From positions 1-42,966 of the IMG/VR virus record IMGVR_UViG_3300030433_003105: a DNA stretch of 42,966 nucleotides; one strand, 5' to 3'. This DNA is from a virus. Taxonomy: Duplodnaviria; Caudoviricetes. The number at the start of each line of letters is the position of its first letter. The first letter of the stretch is position 1. The position numbers and the translations under genes were made by a program. Below the pieces are notes generated by a model, which was given only the letters and a program-made list of their open reading frames with translations, did no database searches and was not told the origin of the DNA. This document shows, in pieces, positions 7,983-18,600 of the stretch.

Positions 7983-8571
7983 GTAACCTCTTCTTAGTCA
8001 ACAAAATCCAAACATCCACTTCAACATTATTTGATATTATCATTTTACTCAAAAAGACGTTTACAATTTTCATATGAGGTTCAATTAAACCAATCATTTC
8101 TGAGCAGGTTCTTCTTGGAGGTCCATTATAAACTTCTGGACCTTCACATGATCCAATAATACTCATCCACAATCCATTATTGGATATAATTTTACTAACT
8201 TTTGCTGAAAATTTTTTTATGTCCTCAGCAATCATACCATGAATACATCCCCTATCAAAAACAAAATCATAATAGTTTTCTTTCAATGAAGCATCATCAA
8301 GAAAATTCAAGGTTTTAAAATTAACTTCCGAATCTTTTCTATTTTTTGCCGCATCAATTGCTACCTCAGAAATATCAATACCATCAACTTCAATACCCAA
8401 AGACGATAACCATAAAGAATTAGTTCCAAGTCCACAACCAATATCAATCGCAGTCTTTACTCTTGTAGTATCAATTTGAGAAAAAAATTCCACCAAGTTT
8501 TTTTCTGGGACATAAGTTTCCCATGGCAAACATTCAATATCATTTCTCTGCCAATAGTCAATCCAATCCAT
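7975..8571 (-). CDS. class I SAM-dependent methyltransferase (TPMT/thiol-MTase-like)
   Basis: DIGCGLG motif I, GIDIS, YDFVFDRGCIH, N-terminal PWE and a GPP motif. Confidence 0.85.
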   Translation of the reverse strand: MDWIDYWQRNDIECLPWETYVPEKNLVEFFSQIDTTRVKTAIDIGCGLGTNSLWLSSLGIEVDGIDISEVAIDAAKNRKDSEVNFKTLNFLDDASLKENYYDFVFDRGCIHGMIAEDIKKFSAKVSKIISNNGLWMSIIGSCEGPEVYNGPPRRTCSEMIGLIEPHMKIVNVFLSKMIISNNVEVDVWILLTKKRLHE

Positions 8572-8574
8572 GTC

Positions 8575-9177
8575 TCACCTAAAATTTATGTTGAATGCAA
8601 TGCTTATTCTATCATCGTCAGTCATGTTACTTCTAACTCCGTGATCTATCCAACTAGGAAATAATACAATCATACCATTTTCTGGAATAATTTCAAATGA
8701 CTGATTAGGATTACACCTTTTAAAAATATTTGATATTTGCATATACTTTGTGGGTGAAGAAAGAAAAAGATTTCCATCCTCTCCATTAGTCTTGTAATAA
8801 TATATTCCAGAGATTCCTACACCTTCATGATGATGTGTTTGAATATGATGTTTATTATCAATACAAGTAATCCATGAATTTAAAATTTCAAACTTAACCT
8901 CACCCCTCAATCCAATATCCTTTAAGTAACTTACAACACTATCTGATATGAATTGAATCATATTTGTACAATTATACTCATACAAAAAATTAGAATCTTC
9001 AATATTTGAACTAACTTTAGTATTGAGAGGATCAAATAATTCCGAATTAAGTTTATTTGTATCTACAAAGTTTATTTCTTCCAGAGACTTTAAAATTTCT
9101 TCTTGAACTACACTGAAATCTTTACCAGTTAAGTTGTTCTTATAAACAGGAGTTGAAAATAAATTCAAAATTTCCAT
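8575..9177 (-). CDS. 2OG-Fe(II) oxygenase (TIGR02466-like)
   Basis: LFSTPVY, HHH..ISGIYY, LFPSWIDHGV, RISIAFN. Confidence 0.85.
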   Translation of the reverse strand: MEILNLFSTPVYKNNLTGKDFSVVQEEILKSLEEINFVDTNKLNSELFDPLNTKVSSNIEDSNFLYEYNCTNMIQFISDSVVSYLKDIGLRGEVKFEILNSWITCIDNKHHIQTHHHEGVGISGIYYYKTNGEDGNLFLSSPTKYMQISNIFKRCNPNQSFEIIPENGMIVLFPSWIDHGVRSNMTDDDRISIAFNINFR

Positions 9178-9179
9178 AA

Positions 9180-10346
9180 TCAAAATCCAATTATATTTAC
9201 ATTTAACATTTCATCCGAATTAATATTCAACATTCCAGAATGAATTGCTTCATAATCTTTATAATCAAAAATTCCAACCATAAACTCTTTGCTTTTATGT
9301 TTTTTATTATAATTGTATAAACTTAACAATGATTCTTCGGAGAATTTATAATTCAAATTCATGATTGATTTTGCTCTTTCATTAACATCTACCCAAAAAT
9401 CACTCTGAAATTTGGATCCATATGAATAGTGAAATGCTAATGATATTTGATAATGAAACATCTCTTGATAGTATGTGTGATTGATAGATTCAAAAGATGT
9501 TAATGATCTATTTTGAAGGAAATTGCAAATATATGTGGCAAAGAGTTCATAATAGTAAAGTGATAATGCTTGTAAAGGTTCTAAGAACATTAATCTATTA
9601 CCATTACTAGCCTCATATTTACTTATCAATAATTTCTTTGCATATCTGGGTGTCCAAGAAAAATTTCTACAATTTTTCTTCTCAAGATGATCTTCTATTT
9701 CATCCTTTGTATTGTATTTTTTATTAAAAAGATACCCACACTTCGTTAAATTCCTATCAGGAAATGGTAGTCCAAATTGCCAACCATGTTCAGTTGCTCT
9801 GTGCAATGTATACGAAAAATCATCCATACTATCTTCGGTGTAAAGAATAGCACTGTTAACGGTTTCAAAAATTGGTTTGACATACTCCTCTTTATCATAC
9901 CAACCAGCACAAGAAATTAGAAAGTCATATTGTTCATCACCAATAAAAACTTTATCATTTTTAATTTCATATCTAGAAATCTTTATTGGATGATACTTTA
10001 CTCCAAACTGCTCCAATTTTTGATGCACGAAGTTATTAAATTTTTCACTCTCAAAATGAAAAGCATCTAAGTTATTTGAAAAGTGATGTTTAAAACTCTG
10101 AGACTTTCCCCAGTTTATAAATTTAATTCCGTTTTTAAAAGAAACAATTCCAGCATCAATCATTTCACCAATACAAATATCCAAAACTTCGTTCAATAAA
10201 CCACCTATGTTTGGGGTGGTAGATTCCCCTACATTGATAGGTGGTTTGTTTGGATCAAAGAAAATATCAACTTCATACCCATGCTTAATACAAACAAGAG
10301 CACTAATAATAGCACTAGTGCCCTTCCCAACAATTGCAATTCTCAT
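9180..10346 (-). CDS. tryptophan halogenase-like flavoprotein (short form)
   Basis: GKGTSA Rossmann motif, VGESTTP, K..IKF.NW, GWQFGLP, FLEPLQA. Confidence 0.8.
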   Translation of the reverse strand: MRIAIVGKGTSAIISALVCIKHGYEVDIFFDPNKPPINVGESTTPNIGGLLNEVLDICIGEMIDAGIVSFKNGIKFINWGKSQSFKHHFSNNLDAFHFESEKFNNFVHQKLEQFGVKYHPIKISRYEIKNDKVFIGDEQYDFLISCAGWYDKEEYVKPIFETVNSAILYTEDSMDDFSYTLHRATEHGWQFGLPFPDRNLTKCGYLFNKKYNTKDEIEDHLEKKNCRNFSWTPRYAKKLLISKYEASNGNRLMFLEPLQALSLYYYELFATYICNFLQNRSLTSFESINHTYYQEMFHYQISLAFHYSYGSKFQSDFWVDVNERAKSIMNLNYKFSEESLLSLYNYNKKHKSKEFMVGIFDYKDYEAIHSGMLNINSDEMLNVNIIGF

Positions 10347-10582
10347 CAGTCTTCTTCAAGTAAAGACCACTCTACATCTAAACTATTAATATAATCAAAT
10401 GTTTCTTGATTATATTGGAGATTTGCTAATACCTCAAATTTGTGTTTATCTTCTTCCTTAGATCCACATTCAAATTTAGTCTCATACATATTCACCCCTC
10501 CATCCACTTCTTTGATGGCATGAATGGTAACATATCTATTTGATATAATTTCAAATTTAGTAATATCAGTAATCATAATCAA
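10346..10582 (-). CDS. hypothetical protein
   Basis: 78-aa ORF overlapping both neighbours at their stop/start codons. Confidence 0.6.
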   Translation of the reverse strand: MIMITDITKFEIISNRYVTIHAIKEVDGGVNMYETKFECGSKEEDKHKFEVLANLQYNQETFDYINSLDVEWSLLEED

Positions 10583-11151
10583 CCTCCGTTATCGTATGCG
10601 TGTTCTACAAAATGACCATTTCTTCTTACATAATGAAAAAATATTTGATGATAGTAACTTTTTTTATTTCCTTTCATTGGATCTCTCCAATGAGGAATAT
10701 CAATTCCAGAATAAAGAACTCCATCTCCTGGTTTTGTAATACAAGAGATGAAACTCCCATCTGGTTTTTGGAACATTATTGGCCAATCATAATCTAGATT
10801 GTGACTTATGTTAATACTTATACTAACTTCACAAGCACCTCTATCAGAATGTATTTCTAATTTTTGACCCTTGAAATAAAATCTATCATAATAATATGTG
10901 GGATATAATCTTTCACCAATATAGTCTTCAATGAATTGCATGATTTCATAATGTGCTTCCTTAAATTTGGGATGATTATATCTAGCAAGACTACCAGATA
11001 CCTGGTCTTCTATTCTATCTACTGAAACTTCTCCACGTCCTTTATAAACAAATCTACCTCTTTCCCATGGAGGTTCTTCATAAAGTTGAGATGCATCAAT
11101 CAGTTGTGGCATCTCAATTACAGACCAATTTAATTTATTCTTCATTTCCAT
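10579..11151 (-). CDS. 2OG-Fe(II) oxygenase
   Basis: HSDRGACEVS, GDGVLY.G...PHWR, QIFFHYV; start at 11151 or 11145. Confidence 0.85.
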   Translation of the reverse strand: MEMKNKLNWSVIEMPQLIDASQLYEEPPWERGRFVYKGRGEVSVDRIEDQVSGSLARYNHPKFKEAHYEIMQFIEDYIGERLYPTYYYDRFYFKGQKLEIHSDRGACEVSISINISHNLDYDWPIMFQKPDGSFISCITKPGDGVLYSGIDIPHWRDPMKGNKKSYYHQIFFHYVRRNGHFVEHAYDNGG

Positions 11152-11738
11152 CGAGGACCTACCACCCAACCAACTAAAGATTGTCGATGTCCAGAAATGA
11201 CTTTCTTAACACGATGTTTTGTTCTACTATCAAAAACAATAACAGTTCCTCTTGTTTTAGGAAGAAAGAAACTGGAATCGTTATCACTCATCAATTGAAC
11301 TTCACCTCCCTCGTATTCATCAGGATCGGAGAGTTGAACAATAACAGATAACTTTCTAACCTCTTCAGATTTTTCAAATACAAAATTTTCTTGCTTATTT
11401 TCACCTGGGTTACGAAAACAATTTAAACCGGCATCTACATGCCAATTGTAATATTCTCCCTCATTGTATGAGGTATATTGCATAGACTCCTGATCAAATC
11501 CAGAAATGTCGTATAAAAAATTATCTCTATTTGCCCGAAGAACATAATGATAGCAAAGTCCAACAATCCAATGATAGGAGGGAAGCCAATCAACTCTACT
11601 ATCTCTTATAGAATGTTGAACACCTGAAAAGACTTTAGCTTCTTTTAAATCTTTTGTTGCATCATCGATATCTTCTCTTACAATATCAATCAATTTTTTT
11701 GGCATAAGTGTCTTATACCATAATGCATTATTAGCCAT
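11142..11738 (-). CDS. 2OG-Fe(II) oxygenase (prolyl-hydroxylase/PKHD-type)
   Basis: WHVD, RKLS..VQLS...YEGG, FDS...HRV, R.SLVGW. Confidence 0.9.
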   Translation of the reverse strand: MANNALWYKTLMPKKLIDIVREDIDDATKDLKEAKVFSGVQHSIRDSRVDWLPSYHWIVGLCYHYVLRANRDNFLYDISGFDQESMQYTSYNEGEYYNWHVDAGLNCFRNPGENKQENFVFEKSEEVRKLSVIVQLSDPDEYEGGEVQLMSDNDSSFFLPKTRGTVIVFDSRTKHRVKKVISGHRQSLVGWVVGPRWK

Positions 11739-11761
11739 AAAACATAACAACGTTATAGTAA

Positions 11762-11790
11762 ATTATATATGATCAATCAATTATAGTCAA
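11762..11790 (-). promoter_or_regulatory. sigma70-type (early) promoter for the 11738-5897 enzyme operon
   Basis: TTGACT-17 nt-TATAAT within the intergenic gap. Confidence 0.8.
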
Positions 11791-12201
11791 TCAGGAAGGA
11801 AGTTCCCACCTCAATTCTTCTTCATTAAAGACCATTGAATCATTTTCTGGGGGGACAATATATGCATTATACTGAGCAACATAAACTGAACCCTCGGTTT
11901 TAGTATTTACAGGATTTGAAGGAGTGAATATCCAAGCCCAAGTATTTGTAGTATTTCCATCCTCATCTGTTACCGTTTCTATAATTTCATAATTCCAACC
12001 AGATTCATCAGTAGGACGAGGAGGAACAAACATCTCTAGAGATAAACTATGGGTTGATCCAATTAGAGGATGATTTCCTGGATTAGTTACTTGAATATAA
12101 GTTTCTCCTGCAGCAGTTTTTTCTGCAATAAAGGAGGGATCTGCAGAAATAATTGAAACGACAACACGATCTTCATTAATTTGTGCGTAATCAAATGCCA
12201 T
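11791..12201 (-). CDS. hypothetical protein, possibly tail-fibre assembly/chaperone-like
   Basis: YAQI....VV start and repeated (F/Y).PP...W..W segments; follows a Gly-rich virion gene. Function is inferred. Confidence 0.5.
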   Translation of the reverse strand: MAFDYAQINEDRVVVSIISADPSFIAEKTAAGETYIQVTNPGNHPLIGSTHSLSLEMFVPPRPTDESGWNYEIIETVTDEDGNTTNTWAWIFTPSNPVNTKTEGSVYVAQYNAYIVPPENDSMVFNEEELRWELPS

Positions 12202-12235
12202 ATATTCTATACTCTTGATTATTTTTTTCTATTTA

Positions 12236-13003
12236 TTAAATGTATCTAATAAAAATTGCACCTGGTTGAGCTGGAGTCGTCCCTTCACTATTGCTTTGTC
12301 CGACAACTCCTCCACCATTTCCATAAAGTTCTGCAGCTCTAGGATTTGGTGTCCCTTCAGGAGTTTGGTTATTATATCCAGGACCACCGATAGAAACTAT
12401 ATGTGCAGGATTTCCGGTAAAGTATCCAATATTCACTCCATCTCCTCCTGCCATTTGGAAAGTGTTGACCGGACCACCGGATTGAGCACCACCACCACCT
12501 CCAGTACTAGAACTTGCACCAGCTGAAGGAGGACTTGCAAAACCAGGCATTCCTTGTCCTACAATATTTGCACCGGTTCCTCCGGCACTAACATTCCATC
12601 CTCCACCACCAGAACCTGATGCAGCAGTAGATATACCACCAGGATTTCCACTTGACGTACCAGCACTACCTTGTGCTCCGTTGTGTGCAGTAACAGCACC
12701 ACCATCATAAAATGCAGTGGTCAGTCCATTAACTCCAGCAACAGTCATTGTGTATGCTGTTCCTGCAGTTACATTAAGAAATTTTCTAAGAATTACTCCA
12801 CCAGCTCCACCACCGGTTCCCCAAGATGGTGGTCCTTGAGGACCCCTAGATCCTCCACCACCAATAGCAACAATATCAACTTTACCAGTAGAACCTGGTG
12901 TGAAGGTTCCTGAAGAATCAAACTCATGAACAACGTATATACCAGCAGTGGAACGAGTACCACCACTGCCTAGTTTAGATTTAGCACCTATAACAATTGC
13001 CAT
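12236..13003 (-). CDS. glycine-rich domain virion/adhesin-like protein
   Basis: VHEF.SSGTFT, IGGGG...GGGAGG and GGGGGA motifs, C-terminal G.IFIRY; late promoter upstream. Confidence 0.7.
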   Translation of the reverse strand: MAIVIGAKSKLGSGGTRSTAGIYVVHEFDSSGTFTPGSTGKVDIVAIGGGGSRGPQGPPSWGTGGGAGGVILRKFLNVTAGTAYTMTVAGVNGLTTAFYDGGAVTAHNGAQGSAGTSSGNPGGISTAASGSGGGGWNVSAGGTGANIVGQGMPGFASPPSAGASSSTGGGGGAQSGGPVNTFQMAGGDGVNIGYFTGNPAHIVSIGGPGYNNQTPEGTPNPRAAELYGNGGGVVGQSNSEGTTPAQPGAIFIRYI

Positions 13004-13034
13004 TTTTTATTCTTAAGTCTCGACAGTCTTCAAA

Positions 13035-13042
13035 TATTTATA
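13035..13042 (-). promoter_or_regulatory. T4-type late promoter
   Basis: TATAAATA in the intergenic gap about 30 nt upstream of the Gly-rich gene. Confidence 0.75.
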
Positions 13043-13047
13043 AGCAC

Positions 13048-13476
13048 TCAAAGTGCGTTGAGTGCATTTTGTGCTTCGGTTCTCTTTGCTGCTGCTTCAG
13101 TATCTTTTGTATCTGCAGCAGCATTTTTGGCGGTTGCGGTATCAGTATCACCTTCACTTTGTGCAACTAATCCTTCTGTCCTAAGATTATCTGCTTCCAT
13201 ACTGAGAGTTTCTGCTTCATCAAGAGGTGTCTTGACAGAATTGAACTGAGTTTCGGTCAGTTCAATGACAGCATTCTTAGATCCCACGGTAATTGTAGAA
13301 ATTGCAGTGGTATCAGGAACTTCGGAAAGACAGACATCAACACCATCAGAATCGTGCATCCAAACCTTCACTCCAAGACCAGCATAGTCTGCTTCTGGGT
13401 GATGCTGCTCTATTTCGTTGGCAGTGGTCAACCAGTTACCATTCTTCTTCCAATAATGTTTTAAATATTTTGTCAT
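13048..13476 (-). CDS. hypothetical protein with Ala-rich helical C-terminus
   Basis: 142-aa ORF in operon orientation. Confidence 0.7.
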   Translation of the reverse strand: MTKYLKHYWKKNGNWLTTANEIEQHHPEADYAGLGVKVWMHDSDGVDVCLSEVPDTTAISTITVGSKNAVIELTETQFNSVKTPLDEAETLSMEADNLRTEGLVAQSEGDTDTATAKNAAADTKDTEAAAKRTEAQNALNAL

Positions 13477-13492
13477 TTTCTTGAAATAGTTT

Positions 13493-14902
13493 TCAAATAT
13501 TTATACCATTAACAACCATCATATCAAGTTTAGAATTCTTGTAAAACTCTCGTGCATCTTCCTCTGTCTCTAAAATAGGTTGTCCATTTCCATTCAAACT
13601 TGTATTGAGTAGAACAGGAACACCAGTTAGTTTACCAAAAGCCTTGATAATCTCGTAGTAATGTTTATTAGATTCTTCTGTGACTGTTTGAAATCTAGCA
13701 GAACCATCAACATGAGTCACGGCAGGAATCTTTTCTGGTTGCTTGACCTGTGCAGTATAAAGCATATAAGGACTGGGAATGGGAAAATCAAACCAGTCTT
13801 GATAACACTCTTCTAATGTGACAGGAGCAAAGGGACGGAACCACTCCCTATTCTTTACAACATGATTGATTAGTTCACGGTTGTGAAAGTTTCTTGGGTC
13901 GGCAAGGATCGAACGATTTCCTAGTGCTCTTGGACCAAACTCAGATCTACCCTGAAAAAATCCAATGATCTTACCATCGGCAAGTTGCTTTGCTATGTGA
14001 TCATAGTCTGGTGTCTGACCTTGATAATCTCTTCCGGTATAACACAGGTCTTTCACATCATAGTTATATCTTGCCTCACCAAGAATGTGATGTGCAACAT
14101 AAAGTGCAGAACCAACTGATGTTCCATCATCACCACAAGCAGGAAAGTGATGAAAGTGTTTAAATTTAGATTTTCTTACAACCTCTGAGTTGGCATTACA
14201 GTTTAAAAATGATCCTCCGGAGAGACAAAGATTATCAGACTGCTGATCAATGTCATTTAGAACATTCAAAACTTTATTTTCAAATAGATTCTGAACAGAT
14301 GCCGCTACATCCATCTTATGTTTGATATCATCAGTATAAGATTGATAATCAAAATCAAAGGGTGTTCCATAAGATGATAACCCCATCGTTGTTCCTGCCT
14401 TATGAAGTGCAGGTCCAAGTCCCAACTTCTCAGTTACTTCACCATACAATACTCCGACCATTTCTCCAGGACAATACATTGCCGTAAGATTTTTACCTTT
14501 GCCATATGCCACCAGAGAGTTTGCAGGAATTTTTCCCATACTACAATCCATACTGAAACAATGTGCCTCATGAAATGGACTGGTATAAAAAACTGATGCA
14601 CAATGTGCCAGGTGATGAGGGATGATATAACACTTAAGTTCTTTACCCTGAATGACAAAGTTATCTACAAAATAATCATTACCAAAAAGTTCTTGCCTAA
14701 AATCATTCGTGGCAACACAATCAATATCATCAAGTGTCAGACCACAAGAATCCAAAACGTAATTAATAATCTCATCAGTAAATCCCTGTTGCTTTTTGAC
14801 CTTTGAGATTCTTTCTGTCCCAATGGCAAACTCCAATTTGCCATCCCTAACAAGGCACACGGATCCATCGTGCCCAAAGTTCAACCCCAAAATGTTTGCC
14901 AT
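13493..14902 (-). CDS. NodU/CmcH-family O-carbamoyltransferase (second copy)
   Basis: HDGS, ERISKVK, HHLAHCAS, GDDG, GPRALGNRSILADP, REWFRPFAP, LNTSLN. Confidence 0.92.
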   Translation of the reverse strand: MANILGLNFGHDGSVCLVRDGKLEFAIGTERISKVKKQQGFTDEIINYVLDSCGLTLDDIDCVATNDFRQELFGNDYFVDNFVIQGKELKCYIIPHHLAHCASVFYTSPFHEAHCFSMDCSMGKIPANSLVAYGKGKNLTAMYCPGEMVGVLYGEVTEKLGLGPALHKAGTTMGLSSYGTPFDFDYQSYTDDIKHKMDVAASVQNLFENKVLNVLNDIDQQSDNLCLSGGSFLNCNANSEVVRKSKFKHFHHFPACGDDGTSVGSALYVAHHILGEARYNYDVKDLCYTGRDYQGQTPDYDHIAKQLADGKIIGFFQGRSEFGPRALGNRSILADPRNFHNRELINHVVKNREWFRPFAPVTLEECYQDWFDFPIPSPYMLYTAQVKQPEKIPAVTHVDGSARFQTVTEESNKHYYEIIKAFGKLTGVPVLLNTSLNGNGQPILETEEDAREFYKNSKLDMMVVNGINI

Positions 14903-14905
14903 AAT

Positions 14906-15568
14906 TTAAACTACAGGAACTCCATACTGTTGTGATAACTGAAGATTTATGTCTTCTAGACTTGGCACACCTTTAACTGTAGCCCAACACACAATACTAT
15001 ATCTTTTACCTCTTGTCACTGGTTCTACTCCATGCATATAGTGATGACTGGATGGAAAACAAACCATCATACCAGGTTCAGGTCTTACACGGATGTGATG
15101 TTCTGGGAAAATAAAATCACCACCTTCAAAATCATCATTCAGATAGAACACCATTGAGATATCCCTATCTGTAGATTTCTTCCAGATATGTTCTCCCTTT
15201 GGTGTGACCCAGATACTCTCTCCATCAATGTGAGGTTTATAGTGTCCACCAACACCATAAGATAAAACTTGAGGCATTTCACTAGTATTAATCTGAACAC
15301 CATAAAAAGGATTAATTATTTCCTTTACGGCATGACGAAGAAGTCCTTCGATCTTGGGGAACAATGGTCCCATGGGAACAATCTGAGTATCTCTTGTCTT
15401 CTTATCAACCTGCCATGAAGTCTCTCCTGTTCTATTTGTTTTTTCTGCATCAAATACAGAAAGATCCTCAGAAGGTGATCTTTTAATATGATCAACCAGC
15501 TCCCGAACACCTTCGGGAGAAATTACATTAGGTCGAATCAAAATATTAGTCAGTGGATTATCAATCAT
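14906..15568 (-). CDS. prolyl 4-hydroxylase-like 2OG-Fe(II) oxygenase
   Basis: Y..GGHYKPHID, YLNDDFEGG, FPS....HGVEPV..GKRYSIV. Confidence 0.88.
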   Translation of the reverse strand: MIDNPLTNILIRPNVISPEGVRELVDHIKRSPSEDLSVFDAEKTNRTGETSWQVDKKTRDTQIVPMGPLFPKIEGLLRHAVKEIINPFYGVQINTSEMPQVLSYGVGGHYKPHIDGESIWVTPKGEHIWKKSTDRDISMVFYLNDDFEGGDFIFPEHHIRVRPEPGMMVCFPSSHHYMHGVEPVTRGKRYSIVCWATVKGVPSLEDINLQLSQQYGVPVV

Positions 15569-15577
15569 ATCGTCAGT

Positions 15578-15616
15578 GTTTTGTTTATTATAACATATTA
15601 TTGTGGAAGTGCATTT
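15578..15616. repeat. 39-bp direct repeat, copy 1 (gene end plus extended -10)
   Basis: GTTTTGTTTATTATAACATATTATTGTGGAAGTGCATTT, identical to 25697-25735. Confidence 0.9.
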
Positions 15617-18600
15617 TCTGCAGCAGAGACTCCTGAAAGAAGATCTTTGGCACTTGTAAGTGGACCTTTAGGTGTTGCAGTTACAGTGTCATTAGAGTAA
15701 TTAATACGATCTATTTCTGATCGAAGTGTTCCATTACCAGGTTGACCACCGGCAAAGTAACCAAAAGAATTGCTACCTGTTGCTCCGTGTCTGAACTTAT
15801 CTCTAGAAAGTGGTCCTTTTGGTGATGCCGTTGCAGTGTCATTGGAATAATCAATACGATCTATTGATGAATGGTGTGGACCACTATATCCACTAGCACC
15901 TCCACCAACATATCCAAAGTTAGCATTACCCGTTGCCGCGTTTGAAATTCTGGCAATACTCAAATCACCTTTTGGTGATGCGTCTGCAGTGTCATTGGAA
16001 TAATCAATACGATCTACTGTTGACTTAGCAGATCCGTCAGTTATTCCACCACAAATATAACCAAAGTTTTGATTACCTGCTGCTCCACCTCTATATTTTG
16101 CGGCACTTAATGGACCTTTTGTTGGTGTTGTTCCAGTGTCATTGGAGTAATCAACACGGTCTACTGTTGAAACTCTAGATAAGTAATTACTGCTGCTATT
16201 ACCACCAGCAAAATATCCAAAATTCTTATTACCGACAGGATATACGTCATTTCTAGCAGCAGATATGAATCCACTGACTACTGCTGTTGCAGTATCATTA
16301 ATGTATTGTATGCGTGATATGCGTGATTCTGTATTTCGATATCCACCAACAACATAACCAAAGAAAGAATTACCTACTGAACCTGATTGATCTGCACGAA
16401 CACCAGATGCCAGTGATCCTTTGGGTGATGCGTCTACAGTATCGTTAGTGTAATCAATACGGTCTACTGTTACAGTATGTGGGTATGGAGAAGCACCATG
16501 AACAAAGTAACCAAATTCAGTTGGATTAAATGATCCTGCGACTGCAGCAGCATTAGAAACGACTGATGGACCAAGTATTGCGGTAAATCCAAAAGACCTG
16601 GCACCGATTGAAGCATTACCATGATTATCAACACCTTTGTTTGCCCTTATTACTGCATTTGCAGTATCATTCGCATAATCAATACGGTCTATTGATGTTC
16701 TAGGACCACCACTAGGACGATGACCACCAGCAAAGTATCCAAAATCAAGATCTCCAAATCCAGTTGACAGACTAACCTCATCATTAAGAAAACATCTCAC
16801 TGTAGTATTGTTAGTGTCATTGGCATAATCAAGACGTTCTACGTTTGAAGTCCAAGTATAACCACTAGCAATATATCCAAAATTAGCATTTCCCGTTGCT
16901 GCCTTATTCCATTTACCTGAAGTATTTCCTCTTGTCAGTGCCGTTGCAGTATCATTGGAGTAATCTAAACGGGTTATACTTGCGTTACTGCCATTACCAA
17001 GGCCACCAGCCGTATAACCAAAATCTTGAGTTCCAAATCCTGCATTTAGTATCTCCGATCTGGTGGAATTCAATGGACCTTTTGGTGATGCCGTTGCACC
17101 ATCATTGGAATAATCAATACGTTGTATTGTCGATATTCTAGAAGGAGTGCTACCACCAGCATAATATCCAAAGTTTTGATTACCATATCCAGCTTGAAGC
17201 TCAACAGAAACAGCCAAATTTCCTTTTGGTGATGGTGTACCAGTATCATTAAGATAATTTAAACGAGTCACAATAGACAAAGGACCATAACCACCACCAA
17301 AGTAACCAAAAGAAGCATTACCTGTCGAGGAAAAATGGTATGGTTGCCCTGGTGAAAGGGTTCCTTTTACAACTGGATCTGTAGTATCATTAGAATAATC
17401 GTAACGTTCTAATGTAGGTGATGGCGCATGATTCGCTATATATCCGAAGTGAGAAGTCGCAGGAGTTCCTGCTGCATAATGTGTAAGGTTAGAAATCTCA
17501 GTTGGATTGGCATATGCTCTGGAACTTGTTGCTGCACCATAATCTCTCGCAGCACTCAATGGACCTTTAGGTGATGCTGTTGCGGTGTCATTAGAATAAT
17601 CAACACGAACTACTGTATCTACAGGACCAGGATGACCACCAGCAAAGTATCCGAAAGAAGTATTTCCTGTTGCTCCCATTCTTTTTTTGGAATGATTCAA
17701 TGGTCCTTTAGGTGATGCGTCTACAGTATCACTTGAATAATCAATACGATCTACTCTTGAGTATTGACTTCCATTTTCCCCACCACCAAAGTAACCAAAT
17801 GAAGCATTACCTGTTGCTGCTAAGAAATATCTAGCAATACTCAATGGTCCCTTAGGTGATGCAGTTTCAGTATCATTAGAATAATCAATACGATCTACTC
17901 TTGATAATGGACCAGGAAAACCACCACCAAAATATCCAAATGATTGATTACCTGTTCCTGCCAAACGACCTCTGGAACTAGTCAATTGTCCCTTAGGTGA
18001 TGCCGTAGCAGTATCATTAGAATAATCAATACGGTCTACTGTTGATTTTGTCGGAACTCCACCACCAGCAAAGTAACCAAATGATTGATTACCTGTTGCC
18101 GCTACACCCTGTATAGGAACACCAGGAGTGCTTAATTGTCCTTTTGTTGCTGCGTCTGCAGTATCATTGGAGTAATCAATACGTTCTATCGTTGATGCTC
18201 CAGGATCAAATCCACCACCAAAGTAACCAAATGAAGCATTACCTGTTGCTGCTAAAGAATATCTACCAGCATTTAATTGTCCCTTTGGTGATGCCGTGGC
18301 AGTATCATTAGAATAATCAATACGATCTATTGATGATAATTTTGGTCCTGATCCAGCATCACCACCACCAACGTAACCAAAGTCAGTTCCTACTGATGAT
18401 GTAGGAGCAAAATCTATAGTGGTTGGAATGGCATTTGCTCTGGAACTTGATGCTCGCAACTGCCTTCTAGCAATACTCAACGGTCCTTTTGTTGGTGTTG
18501 TTGGAGTATCATTAGAATAATCAATACGATCAACTGTTGTAGTTCCGTTAGCACCAATAGTTCCTGCTTTTCCTCCAGCAAAGTAACCGAATGATTGATC

